Of a stretch of 64,000 nt of DNA, positions 54,497 to 64,000 are shown piece by piece. The notes beneath the pieces were generated by a model that was not told the origin of the DNA, searched no databases, and was given only the letters and a program-made list of their open reading frames with translations. The stretch is from positions 35,724 to 99,723 of the forward strand of contig JBDRLT010000040.1 of the NCBI GenBank assembly GCA_043812815.1, in the 5' to 3' direction. Position 1 is the first letter of the stretch. Each line of letters starts with the position of its first letter. The stretch is from Candidatus Woesearchaeota archaeon. GTDB lineage: Archaea; Nanobdellota; Nanobdellia; Woesearchaeales; JAGVZT01. Position numbers and translations under genes: made by a program.

Positions 54497-55660
54497 TCAA
54501 TTCTCTATTGTTACTGTTAACTTTAGGTGGTAGCGAGGTAGGGTTACTGGCGGTCTATCCGGACCATTAATGATTGGCTCGCCGACCAAAATAAATGAGG
54601 ATGGTTTTACAGTGATATCGCCAAATCCTATCTCAAATTTTGCATCTTCGCCAATGAATAGCTGCTGGTATGCATTAGCTAAGTTTAATAGCACATATTG
54701 GTTAGGTGCAGGATGCCAAGTGTCTGTGCCTTGAACATATATTGGTGGAGCTGTACGATCAAATTCAACTATTAAGTCTAAACCGTTAAGTTTTAACATT
54801 GCCTGCCTAAGTGGTAGCCGCTCTGGAGGTTGGTGCAACCAGATCGTATTTCCCTGTTGATCTCCAAAGGTAACACTTCCTGTCATTGCTGAGGTGATAT
54901 CAGCAATATAATCTGTTAGTAATTGTGCGCAGAGTTCATCAAGCATGTAGCTGTCAACAATCTCTGGTATTATCACTGCTACGTTTGGTGTTAATGCATT
55001 CTCTAATCTTTGAATCATAATATTGCAGTCAATTTTATCATAATATTTTAGAGGAATCCCATCGCCAGTGCTCAATCTTTGGATAACATCTAGGATTGCT
55101 GATTCACGCTGCTCTCGGGTGTATCTTGGAAAAAAGGGCTGCTCAGCACCACTTTCGGTTACTTGATGTACTTCGTAACGGATCCGTATTCCCAAATCAG
55201 TTAATTTGAGAGGAACATGTTTTATAGCTGATGTGTTGACACAGTATTTCCCAAATTGCAGAGCAGTTATTAAATCTGAAATATTCTGCCCAATTAGAAT
55301 GGTGCCTGGTCCTTGTTTATTTGGAGCTAAGCTATTAATGGGCTCAGCAACTCGCAGCAATATTTCATCTGAAGGATTTAATGCTATTGCTTGGAACTCT
55401 GGAATAAGTTGGACTAAGGCAGCTCTGGTGTTTAAAGGATTAGAGGTGTTTTGTAAGGTATTCCAATTACTGCCTTCCTTTTTGGGTAAATAAGCTGCTG
55501 CAATTGCCCAGGTAATTGCAGTATGATTTGAAGCTAGATACGCAACAATAGCGGGTCCCGCTATCTCATTAGTAGCAATTTTTAATGCAGACAGCACTGT
55601 AACTATAGTTTCAATATTCCGGTCAGCATTTACCCCATAATTAATTACCTTTGCAGCCAT
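54497..55660 (-). CDS. Hypothetical protein with atypical composition (orphan)
   Basis: 387-aa ORF that is Q/N/T/P/A-rich and K-poor, unlike neighbouring proteins. Its stop lies 2 nt from the convergent ftsY stop. No motif recognised. Confidence 0.45.
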   Translation of the reverse strand: MAAKVINYGVNADRNIETIVTVLSALKIATNEIAGPAIVAYLASNHTAITWAIAAAYLPKKEGSNWNTLQNTSNPLNTRAALVQLIPEFQAIALNPSDEILLRVAEPINSLAPNKQGPGTILIGQNISDLITALQFGKYCVNTSAIKHVPLKLTDLGIRIRYEVHQVTESGAEQPFFPRYTREQRESAILDVIQRLSTGDGIPLKYYDKIDCNIMIQRLENALTPNVAVIIPEIVDSYMLDELCAQLLTDYIADITSAMTGSVTFGDQQGNTIWLHQPPERLPLRQAMLKLNGLDLIVEFDRTAPPIYVQGTDTWHPAPNQYVLLNLANAYQQLFIGEDAKFEIGFGDITVKPSSFILVGEPIINGPDRPPVTLPRYHLKLTVTIEN

Positions 55661-55740
55661 ATATTCAACTAATAGAATGGGATTTATAAGGTTTACTTAA
55701 AATGACTACCCGAAGGTAGTCAAATAGGTGGTATACTGCC

Positions 55741-57003
55741 CTATGTACCTTCCTGCCAGCTGGTGAGGTATTTGACCTGGTCAGGGGTTAGCTGGTCTAT
55801 TGTTATGCCCAGGGCTTTGAGCTGCAGCTCTGCAATGTGGGTGTCAATCTCCTCTGGCAACATTATCACTCCAGGCTCGAGCTTACCTTTGTTTTTGACT
55901 GCGTACTCCACTGCCAAAGCTTGGCCGCAGAAACTGGTTGCCATCACCTCAGATGGGTGGCCTTCAGCTGCAGCAAGGTTGACCAAGCGGCCTTCGCCGC
56001 AGACAAATATTTTTTTGTTATTAATAAGGTATTCATCTAGGTATGGCCTGACTCTTCTCTTAGATGATGAGATTTTTGCTAATCCTTTGAGGTCAATCTC
56101 AATGTCAAAGTGGCCAGAGTTAGCCAGTATGGCTCCACTTTTCATCAGCTTAATGTGCTCTGCTCTGATGACATGTTTATTGCCTGTGAGTGTGCAGAAA
56201 ATGTCTCCAAGTGGAGCTGCTTCTTCCATAGGCATTACTCTAAGGCCGTCGTAAGCTGCCTGCAGAGCTCTGAAAGGTTTCACTTCTGTAACAATAACAT
56301 TCGCGCCAAGGCCTTTGGCCCTGAGTGCAAACCCTTTGCCACAGCTGCCATATCCAGCCACTATAACATTCTTGCCGGCAAACAGCACATTTGTTGCTCT
56401 TATTATTCCGTCAACTGTTGACTGGCCTGTGCCATAATAGTTGTCAAGCAGATGCTTGGTTTGGTTGTCGTTGACTGCCAGTATTGGATATTTTAGGGCA
56501 TGGTCTTTTTGCATTGCCTTGAGCCTTATTATGCCTGTGGTGGTTTCTTCGCAGCCAGCAATAATTGTGGGTATCATGGCTGGATGGTTTTTGTGGATCT
56601 CGCTTACAAGATCACAGCCATCATCTATTGTGATATTTGGTTTTTGAGCAATCACATAGCCAAGGTAGCGATAGTAATCTTGGGTTGTTTCACCTTTGTA
56701 TGCCCACACTTTGATTCCTTTGTTGGCAAGGTATGCTGCAACATCATCCTGGGTGCTGAGAGGATTGCAGCCGGTTATGGCAACATCCGCACCCCCTGCA
56801 ATTAGGGTTTCAACAAGTACTGCTGTTTCTTTGGTCACATGGAGTGCCATCCCCACTGTTATTCCTTTAAACGGTTTTTGCTGTTCAAACCTCTGCCTGA
56901 TTTGCAGCAGGGCTGCCATGCGAGATTCAGCGATTTCAACATTCATCTTACCTTGGTTTGCAAGGCTGATGTCTTTGACTTCATGCTTTTGGTTCTTATC
57001 CAT
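55741..57003 (-). CDS. ahcY: S-adenosyl-L-homocysteine hydrolase
   Basis: 420 aa. NAD-binding 'VIVAGYGSCGKGFALRAKGLGANVIVTEV' and a conserved substrate-domain N-terminus. Confidence 0.9.
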   Translation of the reverse strand: MDKNQKHEVKDISLANQGKMNVEIAESRMAALLQIRQRFEQQKPFKGITVGMALHVTKETAVLVETLIAGGADVAITGCNPLSTQDDVAAYLANKGIKVWAYKGETTQDYYRYLGYVIAQKPNITIDDGCDLVSEIHKNHPAMIPTIIAGCEETTTGIIRLKAMQKDHALKYPILAVNDNQTKHLLDNYYGTGQSTVDGIIRATNVLFAGKNVIVAGYGSCGKGFALRAKGLGANVIVTEVKPFRALQAAYDGLRVMPMEEAAPLGDIFCTLTGNKHVIRAEHIKLMKSGAILANSGHFDIEIDLKGLAKISSSKRRVRPYLDEYLINNKKIFVCGEGRLVNLAAAEGHPSEVMATSFCGQALAVEYAVKNKGKLEPGVIMLPEEIDTHIAELQLKALGITIDQLTPDQVKYLTSWQEGT

Positions 57004-57137
57004 TGTATCACCTGCCCGGGAAGATGGATGTACAGTTAATATATTTTTGCCAGATAAATATGATTTTTTTCCATGAATTACTTATTTTTTTGGACAAATT
57101 GGCAAGGTTTTTTATACAGACAGGACAAATTTAGACC

Positions 57138-57560
57138 ATGGCGCTAGATTCAAAGGATCTGAGTGTTCTCTCAGAGCTGAAGGCTGACTCGAGGCAGACT
57201 ATTAGAGAGATAGCCAGGAAAACCAAAATTAGGCCCAGCACTGTTCATCAGCGGCTGAAGAGACTGAGGGAGAGCAGGGTGATTGAGCGTTTTACAGTGA
57301 AACTCGACAATAAGGCTGTTGGTGAGAACTTTGTGGTTTTTATGCTTGTAAAAACAGATGGCCAAATAGATAATCGGTTTTTTAGGGATGAACATGTGAA
57401 AGAGGTTTTTGGGATAACTGGAGAGTATGATTTGCTTATGAAGCTAAAATTCAGGGATATTGAGCAGTTTAACACCTATGTGCTTGACGTTCGTAAAGTG
57501 CCAGGGATAAGGAATACTGTCACTATGGTAGGAACAGTCAATATCAAAGAAGAGCTTTAA
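57138..57560 (+). CDS. lrp: Lrp/AsnC-family transcriptional regulator
   Basis: N-terminal HTH 'LSELKADSRQTIREIARKTKIRPSTVHQRLKRL' followed by a RAM domain. 140 aa. Confidence 0.85.
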   Translation: MALDSKDLSVLSELKADSRQTIREIARKTKIRPSTVHQRLKRLRESRVIERFTVKLDNKAVGENFVVFMLVKTDGQIDNRFFRDEHVKEVFGITGEYDLLMKLKFRDIEQFNTYVLDVRKVPGIRNTVTMVGTVNIKEEL

Positions 57561-57739
57561 TCGACAAGCCTAACTGCTTCGTCTTCACAGCTAACTTCGC
57601 ATGCCCTGCAGCCAATGCAGTCTTGAGGACGGGCAACTGTGGTTTTGCCATTTTTGTAATCAAAAACAGTAACAGGACAGATTTGAGCGCAGGTTTTGCA
57701 GAGAAGGTGCTTGCTTTGGTCAATTATCGGCTTCGGCAT
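57557..57739 (-). CDS. Small ferredoxin, 7-Cys [3Fe-4S][4Fe-4S]-type
   Basis: 'CKTCAQICP' and 'CIGCRACEVSCE' clusters. Start set at the internal Met because the longer ORF overlaps the S3Ae 3' end. ATGA-type overlap with lrp. Confidence 0.55.
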   Translation of the reverse strand: MPKPIIDQSKHLLCKTCAQICPVTVFDYKNGKTTVARPQDCIGCRACEVSCEDEAVRLVD

Positions 57740-58424
57740 CTGCTTTTTTCCTTCTGGGTTTCTTTGGTTTCTCTTCGAGGTCGGTCTCTTCTGGAATTTC
57801 TGGTTTTGGCTCTGGCTTGGGCTTGGCCACAAGCACTTTCTTTTTGGTAGAAGGAACTTCAACATTCAGTTTTCTAATGGTGACTATGCGAATAGGATAT
57901 ATCTTGTTTACTGCTGGCGTTAGCTCCTTGTAGATCCTGCGCGACATGACATCATTGAGAATATTTAGAAATGTTGTATTGCTCATGTATGAGTTGAAAA
58001 AATCCCGTACAGTTTCTCTGATTTTTGACTGAACAGAACCCTTGGTTTTGCCTCTGGTAAGGATGAGCGGTTTTACTCTGAGTGTTATGCCATCAGATGT
58101 TTTAATTAAAAAGGAATCATCGAGCTTGTTGATATTTCTTTTGACCATTCGCTTGATTGCTGCAGGTGTTTGTTCGTATGCAACAATATCTGTGAGTCCC
58201 TTGTTTTCCTTTATACTAGTCACTTTGAGCGTGAGTTTGGTATTTTGGTGCTTGATATTTCTGGTGAGTGTAGAAAGGGTTACTGTGATATATTTATTGA
58301 GCAGCTCGTTTTGTTCAGCAACAAGTGTTTCGCCTAGATCAACTCTGTTGAAACTTTCAGGTGCCAAGATGTCAAACCATCTCTTCTTTACTACTTTGGT
58401 AACCTGTTTTTCTGCACTTGCCAT
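57720..58424 (-). CDS. rps3ae: Ribosomal protein S3Ae (S1e)
   Basis: 'KKRWFDILAPESF...' N-terminus and a Lys-rich C-terminal tail. 234 aa, typical of S3Ae. Confidence 0.85.
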   Translation of the reverse strand: MASAEKQVTKVVKKRWFDILAPESFNRVDLGETLVAEQNELLNKYITVTLSTLTRNIKHQNTKLTLKVTSIKENKGLTDIVAYEQTPAAIKRMVKRNINKLDDSFLIKTSDGITLRVKPLILTRGKTKGSVQSKIRETVRDFFNSYMSNTTFLNILNDVMSRRIYKELTPAVNKIYPIRIVTIRKLNVEVPSTKKKVLVAKPKPEPKPEIPEETDLEEKPKKPRRKKADAEADN

Positions 58425-58462
58425 TTTAGCCTGGTAATAATTGCCTCTTTATAAATATTGCC

Positions 58463-60415
<1,953 letters not shown>

Positions 60416-60572
60416 TTAAAAATCTTTCGGTTGTAATTTGCCACTAGAAGGGCTGTAGTGCCCAAATTTTTGCATTTGGCAAGAAATGGTTGCAGGATGA
60501 AATAAGTATACATTTTACTATACTGGGATCGAAAAGCGAAATATTTATATACTAAATAGTTTTCTCAGATTT

Positions 60573-61169
60573 TTGCATATTCAAAGAGGTGATGAGATGA
60601 GAGACAAAGAGGTTGATCAGTTGGCTGCTATACTGAAAAGTGCTGGTTTGGCTGCATCTGTGTATGATGCCACAAACATGGCAAAGAGCATAAGTGAGGG
60701 TGTCCAGACTAGGCAGAGAGATGTTAGTAAACGGATTGGCGATAATATGGGTACAGGCAAAAGGGATGAACAACTGCAAAACCTTTTTGAACCAATCAAG
60801 GAGGCTGTGGTTGAGGCACCAAAAGAGGTGTTTGTGAATCAGGATTCTGTAGGGTTGGATGTGGGTGAGAGCACAATTAGTCAACTGGTTGAACCTGAGG
60901 CTGAGATTAGCATTTTTAAGGAAGAGCTTCCACAGATGGAAGTCGCGCAGCGTGAAATGGTGATCGAAGCTGTGCAGTCTGCACCTGAACCAAAAGCAGA
61001 GAAAATGCCTGACTGGGTTGCCAATCAGATAGCGCCGCAAAAGAGGGAGCTTATAAGGGGCAAAACAATCTATGAGCTGGATGTTGACAATTCAAGACCC
61101 AGGCCAGGATTAACAGACGAGGAGAAGCGTTCAACTGATCTCACAAAGTGGTTTAATTTTGGCAAGTAG
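60573..61169 (+). CDS. Hypothetical acidic protein
   Basis: 198-aa E/D-rich ORF, no motif. Divergent from gyrB across an AT-rich promoter region. Confidence 0.4.
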   Translation: MHIQRGDEMRDKEVDQLAAILKSAGLAASVYDATNMAKSISEGVQTRQRDVSKRIGDNMGTGKRDEQLQNLFEPIKEAVVEAPKEVFVNQDSVGLDVGESTISQLVEPEAEISIFKEELPQMEVAQREMVIEAVQSAPEPKAEKMPDWVANQIAPQKRELIRGKTIYELDVDNSRPRPGLTDEEKRSTDLTKWFNFGK

Positions 61170-61180
61170 TTACTAGTACA

Positions 61181-62035
61181 TTATTTTTTGCCTTTGAACT
61201 TTTTGAGTAAGGTTTCCAAAAACTCAGACATAATCTCATCTTTTTTGTCAATTTCCCTTATCCATATTCTGATACTCAGCTTTATCTTGTTGTCGGAGAT
61301 GTCTTTTATCAATACCTTTGGGCTGAATGATTTTAGGTTAATGCTCTCCTCAAATAGCTTGTCAAGTTTTCCAAGCTCAAATATTTTTGCGATTATGGGC
61401 TTTTCCTTGTTGGTGACATTTGGTAATATCCTCTGATTTCGATTGGCAACTTCAATGACCGTCTGCCTGATTCCTTCAATATCTGAGTTGTATGGCACAA
61501 TGAAATCAACGTTTATCTCGAGGAAACCCGCTTTTGTATAGTTGAGTATTTTGGAACTCATAACTGATGAGTTGGGCATGTAGATAAGTTTACCGTCCTC
61601 ATCCCGTAATATGGTATATGTAAGTGTAATCTCTTTTACTTTGGAGATGCCTGTCGAAGGAAATCCCCCAACTGTTATCCAATCCTCAACTTGAAGGGGC
61701 CTGGTGATCCCGATGATTATGCCAGACATAAGGTTTTGGATTATCTGCTGTGAGGAGAATGCAACTGCAATTCCGATAATTCCAAGTGATGCTCCCAGGG
61801 CAGTTAAATCCAAACCGAGAATATTGTAGATACCATAAGAGATACCACTGACCATAACAACATATTGCATGAGCTTGGCAATAGTTTTGGAAAGCCGCCT
61901 TGTCAGCCTTTGATCAAACAACTTTCTGATGATTGTATAAATAAGGTTACTCAAAATCATAGTCATTATGAACAAAAGGAAGAAGATCAGAAAGTTTTCA
62001 ATAGTTACTTGACCAATGAAAATTCCATCTGCCAT
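61181..62035 (-). CDS. Small-conductance mechanosensitive channel (MscS family)
   Basis: Three N-terminal TM helices followed by the MscS beta-domain 'VEDWITVGGFPSTGISKVKEITLTYTILRDEDGKLIYMPNS'. Confidence 0.8.
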   Translation of the reverse strand: MADGIFIGQVTIENFLIFFLLFIMTMILSNLIYTIIRKLFDQRLTRRLSKTIAKLMQYVVMVSGISYGIYNILGLDLTALGASLGIIGIAVAFSSQQIIQNLMSGIIIGITRPLQVEDWITVGGFPSTGISKVKEITLTYTILRDEDGKLIYMPNSSVMSSKILNYTKAGFLEINVDFIVPYNSDIEGIRQTVIEVANRNQRILPNVTNKEKPIIAKIFELGKLDKLFEESINLKSFSPKVLIKDISDNKIKLSIRIWIREIDKKDEIMSEFLETLLKKFKGKK

Positions 62036-62077
62036 ACAAAATAGAACCGGGTGGTGGTTTAATAATCTTTCTCAGTA

Positions 62078-62455
62078 TTAAACAATAGTCATATATCTAT
62101 ATTTGGTGCGGTGGATGTCATTTGCGGTAAGACTTATCTTCACAAGATACTCGCCTGGGGCAAGGTCATGCTCTGTTATCATGTTTCTTCCTGAGCTTCT
62201 TTTACTCTTAACATCAAACACACCTGAGCTGTCATAGATATCTGCATCCATTATTCTGATACTGACTGTTGCGCTTTTCACCCAGTCGTCTGGATTGTCA
62301 TTGTACACATAAACATATGTGTCCATCTCTTGCCTGGAGACTAATCCGTAGTCGCCAATCCTGACTCTGCTGAGATGGATGTCTTCTGAGTGCAGCTTTG
62401 CTGACACAAAAGGGAGTGTCAATAAAAGTCCGAATAGTAAGATTAGTTTTTTCAT
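62078..62455 (-). CDS. Small secreted protein (hypothetical)
   Basis: Signal peptide 'MKKLILLFGLLLTLPFVSA' at the internal Met. The upstream part of the longer ORF is discounted. Confidence 0.45.
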   Translation of the reverse strand: MKKLILLFGLLLTLPFVSAKLHSEDIHLSRVRIGDYGLVSRQEMDTYVYVYNDNPDDWVKSATVSIRIMDADIYDSSGVFDVKSKRSSGRNMITEHDLAPGEYLVKISLTANDIHRTKYRYMTIV

Positions 62456-62559
62456 AGTTGCAATATAAGTGAGATAAGTATAAAAGGGTTGTGTTGTCAA
62501 TAGATGGTTATAATTTGGGTGGCGCAATGTATTTATAGGCAATCTGACTCTTTGTTGCT

Positions 62560-64000
62560 ATGGCAAAAGTGCATCTGCTCGATAAAGCATTGGTGAGTAA
62601 GATTGCTGCGGGCGAGGTAGTAGAGAGGCCAGTTTCTGTTGTCAAAGAGCTTGTTGAGAATTCTTTGGATGCTGGGGCAACAAAGATAGAGGTTGAGGTT
62701 GAGGAGGGGGGCAAGGGCCTGATTAGAGTCAAGGACAATGGTACAGGCATGGAGGAGGAGGATGCTGTCCTGGCTGTGGAGAGCCACACTACTTCAAAGA
62801 TTAGGGAGTTGGATGATCTGTTCAATATTACTACTCTTGGCTTTAGGGGGGAGGCGTTGGCCAGTATAGCTTCAGTGGCTCATGTGAAAATCAGGACCAG
62901 GACTAGCAATGCAATGGTTGGTACTGAAGTGGATGTCAATAGGAGCATAACTGAGGTCGGCTGCCCAAAGGGAACAGTGGTTGAAGTGAGAGATCTTTTT
63001 TTCAACATCCCTGCCAGAAGGAAGTTTGTGAAGAGTATTGAACATGAGCTAAGGCTCATTTTGGATCTTGTGACTAGATATGCGCTGGGATTTCCTGAGG
63101 TATTTTTCAGGGTTATGCATAATGGAAAGGTGGTTTTGAGTGCACCAGCAACTACAGACACGGTAGGGAATATTGCCAATATTTACGGGAGGAACCTGGC
63201 AAAACAGTTGCTGATGGTTAATTTTTCAAGTGCCCAAATTGAGGTGATGGGGTTTGTTAGCAAGCCTGGTTTGTCAAAGCCTAATAGGCATTTTCAGTCA
63301 GTTCTTGTGAATAAGCGATATGTGAAGAGTAAGCTGGTTAGCGACGCTGTACAGGATGCTTATTATACCTTGCTGCCTGCCAAGAGGTATCCTGTGTTTG
63401 TGCTACATCTGAGCCTCAATCCTAGGCAGATTGATGTCAATGTGCACCCTGCCAAAAAGGAGATCAAGTTCGGTGATGAGAAGAAGGTTTATGACGCTGT
63501 GGTGGCTGCTGTTAAACGCATTTTTGGAGAGAGTCAGTTGATTGCCGAGATGGGGAGCGTTCAGTCTGTATTGGTAACAAAAAGGCCAATTCAAAAAAGG
63601 GTGTATGCTGTGCCTAGGGCTGAACAGACTTTGCTTCGGGAGCAGAAGGATGAAGTGGTTACTGACAGACTGCCTGCGATGCGTGTTTTGGGGCAATTAC
63701 ATAACACTTTTATTGTGGCTGAGGCTGAAGATGGATTATTGCTGATTGACCAACATGTTGCTGAGGAGCGTGTCAATTATGAGCGTTTTATGAGTCAGCG
63801 CTCAAATGTGGCGACCCAAGCGCTGCTGAGTCCGATTGTTTTGGAAGTGGAACCAAGAATGTTCCAGGCGGTTGATGAGAACAGGCAGCTGCTGGAGAAG
63901 CTTGGATTTTTGGTTGAGGCTTTTGGGAATAATTCTGTTGTGGTGCGGGCTATTCCTGCAATGCTTAGGCAGGAGAGGCAGATTATTCTTGATGTTTTTG
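62560..64000 (+). CDS. mutL: DNA mismatch repair protein MutL (5' partial; runs off window)
   Basis: Not in the ORF track (open at the window end). Translation 'MAKVHLLDKALVSKIAAGEVVERPVSVVKELVENSLDAGATKIEVEVEEGG...DNGTGM...GFRGEALASIA' is canonical GHKL MutL. Confidence 0.85.
   Translation, partial: MAKVHLLDKALVSKIAAGEVVERPVSVVKELVENSLDAGATKIEVEVEEGGKGLIRVKDNGTGMEEEDAVLAVESHTTSKIRELDDLFNITTLGFRGEALASIASVAHVKIRTRTSNAMVGTEVDVNRSITEVGCPKGTVVEVRDLFFNIPARRKFVKSIEHELRLILDLVTRYALGFPEVFFRVMHNGKVVLSAPATTDTVGNIANIYGRNLAKQLLMVNFSSAQIEVMGFVSKPGLSKPNRHFQSVLVNKRYVKSKLVSDAVQDAYYTLLPAKRYPVFVLHLSLNPRQIDVNVHPAKKEIKFGDEKKVYDAVVAAVKRIFGESQLIAEMGSVQSVLVTKRPIQKRVYAVPRAEQTLLREQKDEVVTDRLPAMRVLGQLHNTFIVAEAEDGLLLIDQHVAEERVNYERFMSQRSNVATQALLSPIVLEVEPRMFQAVDENRQLLEKLGFLVEAFGNNSVVVRAIPAMLRQERQIILDVF

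Noticed and set aside
55763-57076. + strand ORFs 55763..56254, 56110..56421, 56696..57076
   Set aside because: They are antisense to S-adenosylhomocysteine hydrolase and are shadow ORFs.

Overview
The window reads as a gene-dense archaeal chromosome segment, about 40% GC with AT-rich intergenic DNA. Diagnostic archaeal gene pairs are present: L7Ae-S28e-L24e-NDK, aIF2alpha-Nop10 with an ATGA start/stop overlap, prefoldin alpha-FtsY, aEF-2 with a diphthamide motif, S3Ae, S27e, a PAC2 proteasome-assembly chaperone and Lrp. Bacterial-type genes (GyrB, MutL, MscL, MscS) are interspersed. By inference it is a small-genome, possibly DPANN-like, archaeon. Housekeeping genes include SMC, ATP-dependent DNA ligase, PEP synthase, a DhnA-type class I aldolase, S-adenosylhomocysteine hydrolase, dCTP deaminase, adenylate kinase, PIMT, two NUDIX hydrolases, a DHH/DHHA1 phosphoesterase, an HD hydrolase and an ABC-2 transporter pair. 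The first 6.6 kb look like an accessory or defence island: a ribbon-helix-helix pair, a Lys-rich orphan protein in a low-GC patch, a membrane-anchored two-HKD PLD-family protein carrying a 90-nt 70%-GC in-frame insert, an MFS transporter, and two tandem wHTH-nucleotidyltransferase/HEPN toxin-antitoxin-like modules. Two giant Cys-rich surface proteins are present (1201 and 1353 aa); the larger has a pilin-like class III signal peptide (KA|QFSFEY). Other points of interest are a truncated Ski2/Hel308 helicase N-domain, two radical-SAM enzymes (one SPASM-type next to a YkgJ CxxCxxCC protein), a Memo (AmmeMemoRadiSam B) homolog, an orphan 387-aa protein of atypical composition, and a 211-nt GC-rich intergenic island closed by a perfect 11-bp terminal helix (candidate structured ncRNA, identity unresolved). 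No CRISPR array, tRNA, rRNA, transposase or integrase was recognised.
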